64,000 nucleotides of DNA, from NCBI GenBank assembly GCA_041649495.1, contig JBAZMZ010000002.1, forward strand, positions 18,793 through 82,792, read 5' to 3'. The position numbers and the translations under genes are program-made. Shown here one piece after another: positions 9,182-17,090 of this stretch. Origin of the DNA: Minisyncoccota bacterium (GTDB lineage: Bacteria; Patescibacteriota; Minisyncoccia; Phycocordibacterales; XYD1-FULL-46-19). How positions within the stretch are numbered: position 1 is the stretch's first letter; the number at the start of each line of letters is the position of its first letter. Under the pieces are notes generated by a model, which was given only the letters and a program-made list of their open reading frames with translations, ran no database searches and was not told the DNA's origin.

Positions 9182-9907
9182 CTATTTGTCTCCTCTGAGC
9201 GTAAATCTCGCTCGATACCCATTCTTCTTGGTGTAGTGAGGGATCGGATTTTCTTTCATGCCAAAGAATTCCTTGAGCCGTTCGTTCAGATCGTACTTAA
9301 CGTTCCTGCTGAATCGCCTGTTCCACTTCTCGTTGGTCAACGCACCGCCGTTATCGGCCATTTCCCTGAGCAACTCCCACTTGCGGTCGGGACGGTTCGT
9401 CTTCGTGTTGATGAAGCCCATGTCTTTGAAGTCGAATTTCTTTGACTTCATTTTTGGGTACGATACTTTGACGAAATGTCCATCGATAAACTGGATGCCG
9501 AGTGATTCCCATGTCGCGTTTTGTGGAAGAAGGTACGAAGCAATTACGTATTCGCTTGTGTGCTTTGCCGAGGCGACGGCAATATCTTCAGGGTTTACAA
9601 TCCGTACCTCCTGAACCGGTCGTGTTAATGTAGGCATGAAATAGCTATCCTCCCCACCAAGAGTTTCAGGATATTTTGGCATTGTTATCTGTGATATTGA
9701 TGGGATAGACATTCTTGCCACAGCTTCCATTTGAGGTCTTACGGATTCAATAACTGAGCTTATGTTCTTGAGGGGTTCCCTCATATGTTCAAAAACTTTT
9801 TGGTACTCCTCCACCGCATTATTCAATGGCGAAATAAGCCCTTCTGCAAAAGTGGGGTTGTATCCGTTTTCTACTGCTTGCTTATATATCGATTCGCCAA
9901 CTGTCAT
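9182..9907 (-). CDS. hypothetical protein (241 aa)
   Basis: ORF with a terminator downstream; no recognisable motif. Confidence 0.5.
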   Translation of the reverse strand: MTVGESIYKQAVENGYNPTFAEGLISPLNNAVEEYQKVFEHMREPLKNISSVIESVRPQMEAVARMSIPSISQITMPKYPETLGGEDSYFMPTLTRPVQEVRIVNPEDIAVASAKHTSEYVIASYLLPQNATWESLGIQFIDGHFVKVSYPKMKSKKFDFKDMGFINTKTNRPDRKWELLREMADNGGALTNEKWNRRFSRNVKYDLNERLKEFFGMKENPIPHYTKKNGYRARFTLRGDK

Positions 9908-10498
9908 GTTTTCATTATATCAGAAATTGGCATTTGTTGGTATTTGAGACCATGACCCGAATGCCTAGTTTTGCCTAGTCAAAACGTGCTAGAATACCCT
10001 TATGTGGTCTAACCTTACTAGCACTTAACCCGAGTGTCCCGCCAATTAGAGCTAGCTCGAGATGCCTAGTTTGGGATAGTTTTTGTAATTGTTATTTTTG
10101 AAATTAGTGATAGTATGAGACCACTAGCTCTTAAGAGGTACCAGGACTTTGTTCCTGAAACGATCTTCTATCTTGCATTGGTCGTTCGATCTAGATGAGT
10201 TAGTCAAATTGTAGCTGGTTAATTGCAAGAGCTGTCCGTTAAGGACGCCCTTACAGTGGCCAAGTCGGTGTTTCGACCATAGGTTGAGCACCACCAAGAA
10301 TAGGAACTGAATCATAATTAATTTCATATTAGTATGGTTGATTGTGATTATCATTATTATTCTACCGACGTTGTTAGTTGACCCTAGCTTAGAAATAAGC
10401 AGGACGGCGAATGCAAGTTAGCTTTATAGTTATAATGACCTCTTCCTAGTATCGAACCATGTCAACGGTTTGCAGGAAGAGGTCTTTGCGTTTTTTGT

Positions 10499-11587
10499 AT
10501 GCTATATCAAGAATGGAAAAATCAAATCGGTCTCGAGAAAAAGGTTAGAAACTATCAACACATTGATGGCCGTCTTGATTTAAATAATGAGTTAAACTTT
10601 CTTAGGGTGGTTGACGTCCTTAAAAATATTAAGGGTCATCAGTTTTTACCTTTTATAAAAAAAGATAAAACGGAGATAAGATTTCGTAGAAGTAAAAACA
10701 ATCCAAAGGGAAGAGCCCAAAGAACCAAGAAAGTAAGGCCGATAATGTATGTCTCGCACATAGATGCCCACATTTACAGTTATTACAACTTTGCTCTCAT
10801 GGATAGATATGAACAATATTTAAACGAGATTGGATTGAGCGAAAATGTTATTGCTTATCGGAAAATAGAGATTGCTGGAACCCAAAAGGGTAAGAGTAAT
10901 ATTAATTTTGCCGGAGAGGTTTTTGATTACATAAAAACAAAAGATGAATGCGTGGTTATTACCCATGACATTGAACATTTCTTTGATGAAATAAATCATA
11001 AATTATTGAAAGATAATATCTGCAAAATACAGGGGATTGAAAAATTAGACGAGTCTTTTTACAAAGTATTTAGGTCCCTAACTGCTTACAAATATATTAC
11101 CCATGAAGATTTTTTGAATAAAAAGATCAAGAGAAAGTTGTCTCATGGTAAATATGCAATTTATCAAACTCTAAAAGGCATTGTAGAGGAAAATAGAACA
11201 AATATGGGAATTCCTCAGGGTAGTCCTATTAGTGGCCTACTTGCCAATATTTATTTAGTCAACTTTGATTCTGACATAAAAAAGCTTTTTCCTGATGTAT
11301 TTTATCGTCGATATAGTGACGATCTTGTTTTTGTCTGCAACAAGCTCCAAAAAGATGACCTACTAAAATTCGTAGATAAAAAAATCAAAGAATCCTTACT
11401 GAAGATTAATTCCAAAAAGTCCTTCGTATCTTATTTAAAGAGGGGCGAAAAAGGTATGGTTTGTGAAAAGGTAACAAATGGTTTAGGAGAAAAGCTTGGC
11501 CGAGATTATGTAGATTATCTAGGCTTTGAATTTAGTGGCAATAATATTTTTCTGAGAAAAAACACGATTCAAAAATTAAAGCATTGA
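10499..11587 (+). CDS. reverse transcriptase, stand-alone and unclassified (not the DGR RT); possibly truncated by an in-frame TGA
   Basis: RT motifs GIPQGSPISGLLANIYL and YRRYSDDLVFVC (YxDD), then ..YLGFEF. The ORF ends about 12 aa after motif 7 with no thumb domain and no maturase or endonuclease domains. Confidence 0.85.
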   Translation: MLYQEWKNQIGLEKKVRNYQHIDGRLDLNNELNFLRVVDVLKNIKGHQFLPFIKKDKTEIRFRRSKNNPKGRAQRTKKVRPIMYVSHIDAHIYSYYNFALMDRYEQYLNEIGLSENVIAYRKIEIAGTQKGKSNINFAGEVFDYIKTKDECVVITHDIEHFFDEINHKLLKDNICKIQGIEKLDESFYKVFRSLTAYKYITHEDFLNKKIKRKLSHGKYAIYQTLKGIVEENRTNMGIPQGSPISGLLANIYLVNFDSDIKKLFPDVFYRRYSDDLVFVCNKLQKDDLLKFVDKKIKESLLKINSKKSFVSYLKRGEKGMVCEKVTNGLGEKLGRDYVDYLGFEFSGNNIFLRKNTIQKLKH

Positions 11588-11590
11588 CAA

Positions 11591-11797
11591 ATGGAAAAGA
11601 CTAAAAAACAGTTGTCTAACACCCAACACCAGAAAAGAAGAAAGCTTAAAAAAATCAGAAGAAGGAATAAGGGTAAAACAAACTATTTTGAGAGAACACT
11701 TAAAATAATAAATAATCTCGGGATAAAGAAACAAATATTAAAAGTTACAAAGAAGAGGAATAGTATTAAAAGAGGGATTTTACCACCTCATCCTTAA
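11591..11797 (+). other. basic 68-aa ORF in the same frame as the RT, one codon past its TGA stop; possible displaced thumb/C-terminal tail
   Basis: Frame identity (10499 and 11591 are congruent mod 3). Very basic sequence (KRRKLKKIRRRNKGK..). The RT lacks a thumb-like segment. Confidence 0.35.
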
Positions 11798-13113
11798 ATG
11801 GCAGTTATAATTTTTTGTTTCAAGATAATTTTACTCTTTAGGCATGTCAGCAATTCTCTCTTTTCAATATTTGTCCCATCTCTCAAAATAAACTTGGCAT
11901 AATTTTTGATATCAATTTCGCCGACTTCAATTTTGTCTTTTAATCCAAGGATGACTCTTTGGAATTTCTTGAAACGCTCAACTTCGGTTTTGATTTTTTC
12001 CTTGATACTGATTTCGTTTAGATCTATTTTGTCGAGGAGCAGTTCGAATTGTTTAATCAAATCTTTTTCTTCAATATATCCGCATTTACAGTGGGCATCT
12101 TTGGCCTTAGTACAGCCATAATATACGTAACGATGAACATTGCCATTTTGCTGTTTCTTGAATTTCTCGTCAGCACAAATACCTGATCCGCATAAACCGC
12201 AAGTCATTAATTTGGTAAAAGCGAATTCCTGATTTTCGACTCTTAAAACATTGCTCTTAAGTTGAGCATGGGTTTGATCGAATAATTCTCGAGTGATAAT
12301 TGGCTCGTGTTTGCCTTGATACCAATTTCCACTATTTTTCGGATATTCAAAGGCCCCGTAATAAAAGGGGTTATAGAGAATACGAAAGATATTGCCTAGA
12401 CTTAAATGCTTTTTGCCTGCCGACGTTCTGAAATTTAATTCAAACCGTAACCACATATAAAGTTTCTTTCCACTCCATTTATCATAAGCCACTTTCTCAA
12501 ACACTTGTTTAATAACTGGTGCCCGTTCTGGATCAATAATTGCTTGGCACTTTCGATCCGATCTTTTTTCATTGAGATAGCCCGTCGGTGGAACTCCCGG
12601 TCTTAAACCCATTTCGCACCTAGTCCTTAGGCCACGTTTTACATTAACGCTCTTGTTGTCATTTTCGAGTTTGGCTTGAGAACATAAGATCATTAACAGG
12701 AATTTTTCATTTGGTGAATTTATAAATGTCTGGCCATAAGTTCTGATTTGCAGAAGCAATTTTTGATCCATTAAATCAACAACTGAACCAAGATCGCCAG
12801 CGTTTCTTGAAAGTCTGTCAGGTGCCCAAGTCAAAATTCCATTGAACCGACCCTGCCTAATATCCTCGAGTAATTCCTTAAAAATTGGCCGTTGTCCCGA
12901 GTCCTTAGCTGAATGAGCCTCACGTCTAATATCGACAATTTCTAAATTATCCCTTTCGGCCAATTGGAGCATCTCTTTGACTTGCGAATCGATCGACAAG
13001 ATTTGGCGCTCTTCTGATTCGGTCGACTTGCGTGCATATAGGACATACTTAATCGGCGTTGGTGGGGCAACGATTGATCTATCCATTATTTGACTATCCA
13101 GCTCTATTTTCAT
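11794..13113 (-). CDS. large serine recombinase
   Basis: N-terminal resolvase catalytic domain (YARKSTESEERQ..SIDSQ), recombinase domain, and Cys-rich zinc-ribbon region (CGLCGS..YYGC..CKC). Confidence 0.9.
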   Translation of the reverse strand: MKIELDSQIMDRSIVAPPTPIKYVLYARKSTESEERQILSIDSQVKEMLQLAERDNLEIVDIRREAHSAKDSGQRPIFKELLEDIRQGRFNGILTWAPDRLSRNAGDLGSVVDLMDQKLLLQIRTYGQTFINSPNEKFLLMILCSQAKLENDNKSVNVKRGLRTRCEMGLRPGVPPTGYLNEKRSDRKCQAIIDPERAPVIKQVFEKVAYDKWSGKKLYMWLRFELNFRTSAGKKHLSLGNIFRILYNPFYYGAFEYPKNSGNWYQGKHEPIITRELFDQTHAQLKSNVLRVENQEFAFTKLMTCGLCGSGICADEKFKKQQNGNVHRYVYYGCTKAKDAHCKCGYIEEKDLIKQFELLLDKIDLNEISIKEKIKTEVERFKKFQRVILGLKDKIEVGEIDIKNYAKFILRDGTNIEKRELLTCLKSKIILKQKIITAI

Positions 13114-13302
13114 CGTCGTCCATTAATGACAGACCAGAAAACCTTGTAAAGTCTATGCAGAATTGCCCGTTTATTACATAATCGTGGGCTAGCTTTACAA
13201 AAAATACTGTCTGCGATAGGGTTGGACGGATACAATTTTTGTTGTATTATTATCTTTGACAATACCTAAACCAAACTTTGCGTTTGGCATGGTAAATATA
13301 GG

Positions 13303-13468
13303 AAATCCCACGCGAGTAGAAACGGCCACATAAGCCGGCACTTACTCGCGTGGGTCCTCACCCGAAAGGGAGAGGGATAGTTCCGAAAGGAGCTATCGTC
13401 GGTCTTGTGTGGCCATTTGTGTCCCACAAAAATTATTAGCAATTATTATTAAATCCCACGCGAGGTAT
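13303..13468 (+). promoter_or_regulatory. structured 5' leader: pseudoknotted hairpin, two GAAA-tetraloop hairpins, and a triplicated segment allowing alternative pairing over the start region
   Basis: 12-bp stem cccacgcgagta (13307-13318) / tactcgcgtggg (13343-13354) with 24-nt loop. Loop segment ggccaca (13324-13330) is complementary to tgtggcc (13408-13414). GAAA hairpins at 13356-13375 and 13375-13396. aaatcccacgcgag occurs at 13303-13316 and again at 13451-13464, 4 nt before the ATG at 13469. Confidence 0.45.
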
Positions 13469-14119
13469 ATGGATAATAAAAACGAGTCTCCCGAGGTTGA
13501 GACTAAAAAGAAAAACCGAGTTCAAATAATTAGTTGGATTATTGGTGTACTAATTGGATTCACTGGAATCGTGCAGATTTTTTCAGAGCCAGCTTTGGGA
13601 ATTTTGTTCATTCTTCTTGCGGTCATCATTATCCCCGTCACTAGAGAAAAAATTACTCAAAAACTAAATAACCGCTTGTCGAAGAATATAATCATCGGCA
13701 TTGCAATTATTACCCTTGTTATCGTTGGGGTTGTCGTGAGTGATGACCTAGAAACAAACAAGCAAGTGGCAAAGATTAATAAGCCAAAACCCGTAGAAAC
13801 TGAAACGGTCCATGATTTTGTCAAAATTGGAGATATTGGATATTTGAGATTGCCAGGAACCAGGGATCCAGAGCAAATGATCTGTTTGGGCCCGACCAAA
13901 GAAGCTTATGATCAAGTAATGAGCTCCATAAGTGCTAAAGATCTTTTGGGCATTGTCGAAGCTGGTGGATTTTGCGTTGGTAATGGTACAAAAGTAAAAG
14001 TCATTGGTGGTAGTTTTTCTCTCAAACAAGTTAGAATTATAGAAGGAGTGAGAGAGATAGATAAAAATGTTGTCTTACGATCTGGCTGGGTGGCAACAGA
14101 ATGGGTGGTTAAAAATTAA
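13469..14119 (+). CDS. membrane protein, N-terminal paralog of the 4196 gene
   Basis: ATG at 13469 gives MDNKNESPEVETKKK plus TM helices, matching the N-terminus of the 4196 gene. The C-terminal domain is different and unrecognised. Confidence 0.6.
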   Translation: MDNKNESPEVETKKKNRVQIISWIIGVLIGFTGIVQIFSEPALGILFILLAVIIIPVTREKITQKLNNRLSKNIIIGIAIITLVIVGVVVSDDLETNKQVAKINKPKPVETETVHDFVKIGDIGYLRLPGTRDPEQMICLGPTKEAYDQVMSSISAKDLLGIVEAGGFCVGNGTKVKVIGGSFSLKQVRIIEGVREIDKNVVLRSGWVATEWVVKN

Positions 14120-15034
14120 TTGTTTATTATGAAAACTTTTCTTTTTAAAAAAATCCTGTTCGGCATAGGTGTGGTTTTTGTCCTCTTAATATTAATCGGT
14201 ATCATTTTCCCGACCTCTGATTCCGAAATAAGCAAAAGGGAAATTAAAAATGTTGAAGTTGACACTCGAGTGGCAATTTCAAATCTAAAAGAGCAAGAAG
14301 CCGTTGTCCCTAAAGTTCAGAACCTAAGTCCTAAAGTAGAGGCCACAAAAGAAACGGTTGCTCAAGTTAAGATTCCTCCGGCTGTCCCTACCTATACTTA
14401 TTACTCCGTAACGAGCGTTGTTGATGGTGATACTTTGAAAGTAAATATCAATGGAAATACCGAGACACTACGTCTAATTGGTATGGACACCCCAGAAACG
14501 GTTGATCCCCGAAAACCTGTTCAATGTTTTGGGAAAGAAGCTTCAAATAAAGCCAAAGAATTATTAACTGGCAAAAAAGTTCGAATTGAAAAAGATCCAA
14601 CTCAAGGCGAACGAGATAAATATAATCGCTTGCTTGCCTATATCTACCGTGAAGATGGATTATTCTATAACAAATATATGATTGAAATTGGTTATGCCCA
14701 TGAGTACACCTATGGCACTCCCTACAAGTATCAAGCAGAATTTAAAGTGGCTCAGAGGTCTGCTCAGGCTTCATTTGCTGGGTTATGGTCTCCGAATACC
14801 TGCAATGGGGATACAACTTCATCCGCGGGCACAACGACTGTCGCTCCCGTCACTCAGACAACGCAAACGGTGGGCAAGTTTTACACTTCTTCTTATTCAA
14901 CTTCAAAATACTATTACCCAGCAGAATGTGACGATTGGAAAAGTTTAAGTGTAACATACCTTAAATCTTTTGATTCACTCGACGCTCTTCTTTTAGCCTA
15001 TCCTTCAAAAGCTAAAAGTCCTCAGTGTGATTAG
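14120..15034 (+). CDS. membrane-anchored thermonuclease (staphylococcal nuclease-like)
   Basis: N-terminal TM helix then SNase-fold motifs VVDGDTLKV...RLIGMDTPE...YNRLLAYIY and a Thr/Ser-rich C-terminus. Confidence 0.85.
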   Translation: MFIMKTFLFKKILFGIGVVFVLLILIGIIFPTSDSEISKREIKNVEVDTRVAISNLKEQEAVVPKVQNLSPKVEATKETVAQVKIPPAVPTYTYYSVTSVVDGDTLKVNINGNTETLRLIGMDTPETVDPRKPVQCFGKEASNKAKELLTGKKVRIEKDPTQGERDKYNRLLAYIYREDGLFYNKYMIEIGYAHEYTYGTPYKYQAEFKVAQRSAQASFAGLWSPNTCNGDTTSSAGTTTVAPVTQTTQTVGKFYTSSYSTSKYYYPAECDDWKSLSVTYLKSFDSLDALLLAYPSKAKSPQCD

Positions 15035-15062
15035 ATTTTCCTAAACAACTTTTATTGGTTCT

Positions 15063-16115
15063 TTATTGTTCACAAAACCAAAATTCATTTCTAATCTTTT
15101 CACTTTGCTTATGAGTATTGGCATGGGATAAAACACCAAGATAAGAGTTAATTGTACCCTTGTAGCAATTGGGAGAGATCAACCCATTTTCATAATTTTT
15201 CTTGGACAGATCTATCTTTCGCCACATTCGCCGCTCGCTTCTTTTTCGCAAACGGCGGTGATAGGGTAAAAGCACGTAGCCAAGGAAATCGGTACCTTGG
15301 AATATTTTACCAATTCCCACCTTTTCCGGATGCAAAGACAGTCCCAGCTCCGTTTTTAAAAATTTAACCATTGGTTTAATTAAGCCGAGCAAATAATCAA
15401 TATTGTCTGATACAACAATAAAATCATCAGTGTATCGAACATAATTTTTAACCCTTAGCTCATGCTTCACGAATTGGTCAAACTCATTCATGTATACGTT
15501 GGCAAAGAGCTGGGAAGTGAGGTTGCCAATCGGGACACCGCGACGATTAAACAAATCTGAATATTCGCTCAAAAAACTTTCAATAATTTCTTCCAAAAGC
15601 CATATGGCGTTTTGGTCCGAGATCCTCCTTTTAATAATCGAAAGAAGAAACGAGTGATTAATGGTATCGAAGAATTTTTTAACGTCGCATTTTAAGGCAA
15701 AGCCGGGACGCGAATAATTATGGCTGACTTGCTGTTGCATTTGCTCCAAAACCGCCACGCCCTTGTGCGTGCCTTTGCCAAAACGGCAAGAAAAAGAACG
15801 CGGAATAAAAGTTGGTCCAAACACCCAATTCAACACTCGAAAAATAGCATGGTGTAAAACGCGATCACGGACCGTCGCCTTATGGATATGTCGCCGTTTG
15901 GGATCGTAAATATAGAAACTGCTATATGGACCATGCTTGTAAGTTCGGCTGGTTAAATCTCGGTGCAATTGAAAGATATTTTGTTCCAGATTCTTTTCGA
16001 AAGCCAATACGTCCGGCTTTTTCTGTTTGCCCCGCTTAAATTCTTCCCACGCCTGAAATAGGTTCTCCAAATTAACAATCTGATCAAATAAATTATTGTA
16101 AACCCTCATAACCAA
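15063..16115 (-). CDS. diversity-generating retroelement reverse transcriptase
   Basis: Close motif-by-motif resemblance to the Bordetella phage bRT: NLFQAWEEFKRGK, HGPYSSF, GKGTHKGV, IGNLTSQLFANVY, RYTDDFIVV, FLGYVL, SHANTH. Confidence 0.9.
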   Translation of the reverse strand: MVMRVYNNLFDQIVNLENLFQAWEEFKRGKQKKPDVLAFEKNLEQNIFQLHRDLTSRTYKHGPYSSFYIYDPKRRHIHKATVRDRVLHHAIFRVLNWVFGPTFIPRSFSCRFGKGTHKGVAVLEQMQQQVSHNYSRPGFALKCDVKKFFDTINHSFLLSIIKRRISDQNAIWLLEEIIESFLSEYSDLFNRRGVPIGNLTSQLFANVYMNEFDQFVKHELRVKNYVRYTDDFIVVSDNIDYLLGLIKPMVKFLKTELGLSLHPEKVGIGKIFQGTDFLGYVLLPYHRRLRKRSERRMWRKIDLSKKNYENGLISPNCYKGTINSYLGVLSHANTHKQSEKIRNEFWFCEQ

Positions 16116-16123
16116 ATAAAAAT

Positions 16124-16477
16124 ATGAATGATAATGATATTCCGATCCTTAAAAAAGCCTACGATCTTTACAAGACCTTTCACGATTATCGCCGAGTGAT
16201 TCCCAAGTGTGACCGCTTCACCATCTTTGAGCGGAGCGAAAATCTGATTTTGCAGATTATCGAACTTTTCCTTGAAGCTGGTTATTCGCAACATGGTAAC
16301 AAAGCGGTGTCGCTGGAAACGGCCAGTACAAAATTAAACCTGCTTCGTTTCCTTATTCGCTTAATGAAAGAAACAAAGAGCTTTGACACCAAGAAATATG
16401 TGGCGGTCCAAGCGATCATCGACGAAATCGGTCGTATGTTAGGTGGCTGGCTCCGTTCGACCAGTCCAACTCGTTAA
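16124..16477 (+). CDS. avd: DGR accessory variability determinant (Avd), on the strand opposite the RT
   Basis: 117-aa helical protein alignable with bAvd (KAYDLYKTFHDYRRVI ~ KCYDQMLIVERYERVI; LLRFLIRLM ~ MLRFWLRFL; IGRMLGGWL ~ VGRILGSWI). Confidence 0.8.
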   Translation: MNDNDIPILKKAYDLYKTFHDYRRVIPKCDRFTIFERSENLILQIIELFLEAGYSQHGNKAVSLETASTKLNLLRFLIRLMKETKSFDTKKYVAVQAIIDEIGRMLGGWLRSTSPTR

Positions 16478-16530
16478 ACTTAAAGAGGTAGCCAAAAAAG
16501 ATTGACTACCTCTTTAATGAGAAGGAGAGA

Positions 16531-16675
16531 CTTCGGGGAAACCATCGGAGGGAACACCGACGCCGAGCCATAGTTGTCGTTGGTATCGTCGACATCGTTC
16601 GTGTCGAACTTGACCTTGTCGCCGTTGAACTTGAAGTAGGGCGCCTTCGAGAAGTCGCCATCGCCATCCGGAGAT
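16531..16675 (-). repeat. DGR template repeat (TR)
   Basis: About 145 bp similar to 17098-17241. Most mismatches fall where this copy has A on the minus strand. The 16480-16773 ORF is its translation artefact. Confidence 0.75.
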
Positions 16676-16980
16676 TTGTTTTTGCCCATCCGTGGCACCA
16701 GAACTCTAAAATGACTCTTGTCGGCAACAAGACACCTTATCGCTCTTGAATTTAATCTGGCAACACCCGCCATATAGGCTTAGTGGTTTACCTTGAACAA
16801 AAACAAGCAGTTTCTCCTCACCACGGCACACTCTTGCAAACAATAGTCGGCAAAACTCTGGCCATTTCTCGTGAGAGAAAGAGTTGGGCGACGGTCATCA
16901 ATAGACGGCCGTACATTAGCTTAGACTCGTTTATAAGTATATCAAATATGTTTTTTATGTAAACGAAAATCAGGGTCACC

Positions 16981-17011
16981 CACACACCTCTGCCCAAGGC
17001 AGACAGGTGTG
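16981..17011 (-). repeat. GC-rich hairpin just downstream of the VR/target gene
   Basis: cacacctctgcc-caa-ggcagacaggtgtg imperfect inverted repeat about 80 bp 3' of the VR (on the minus strand), where DGR homing-enhancing hairpins are described. Confidence 0.5.
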
Positions 17012-17090
17012 GATAACCCTGAAAAAATTGCCGCGAAATCAAAAATCAAGAGAAAGAAATCAAAAGATTCAAGACTTCGAGAGCCGAGGA

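Noticed and set aside
10438-10485. Retron msr/msd upstream of the stand-alone RT
   Set aside because: The inverted repeat is a simple closely spaced hairpin (26-nt loop), not a1/a2 repeats flanking a 100-200-nt msr-msd. The RT lacks obvious retron-specific features.
10499-11797. Genome-wide TGA recoding (code 25, TGA=Gly, as in some CPR lineages) to explain the in-frame TGA in the stand-alone RT
   Set aside because: Many genes here end sensibly at TGA (the DGR target at 17091, PanA at 27298 with the classic overlap to the next start), and ORF lengths are normal under code 11. A local nonsense or readthrough event is more likely.
16480-16773. 97-aa ORF whose C-terminus mimics the DGR target protein
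   Set aside because: It is the translation of the template repeat in the target's frame, not a gene.
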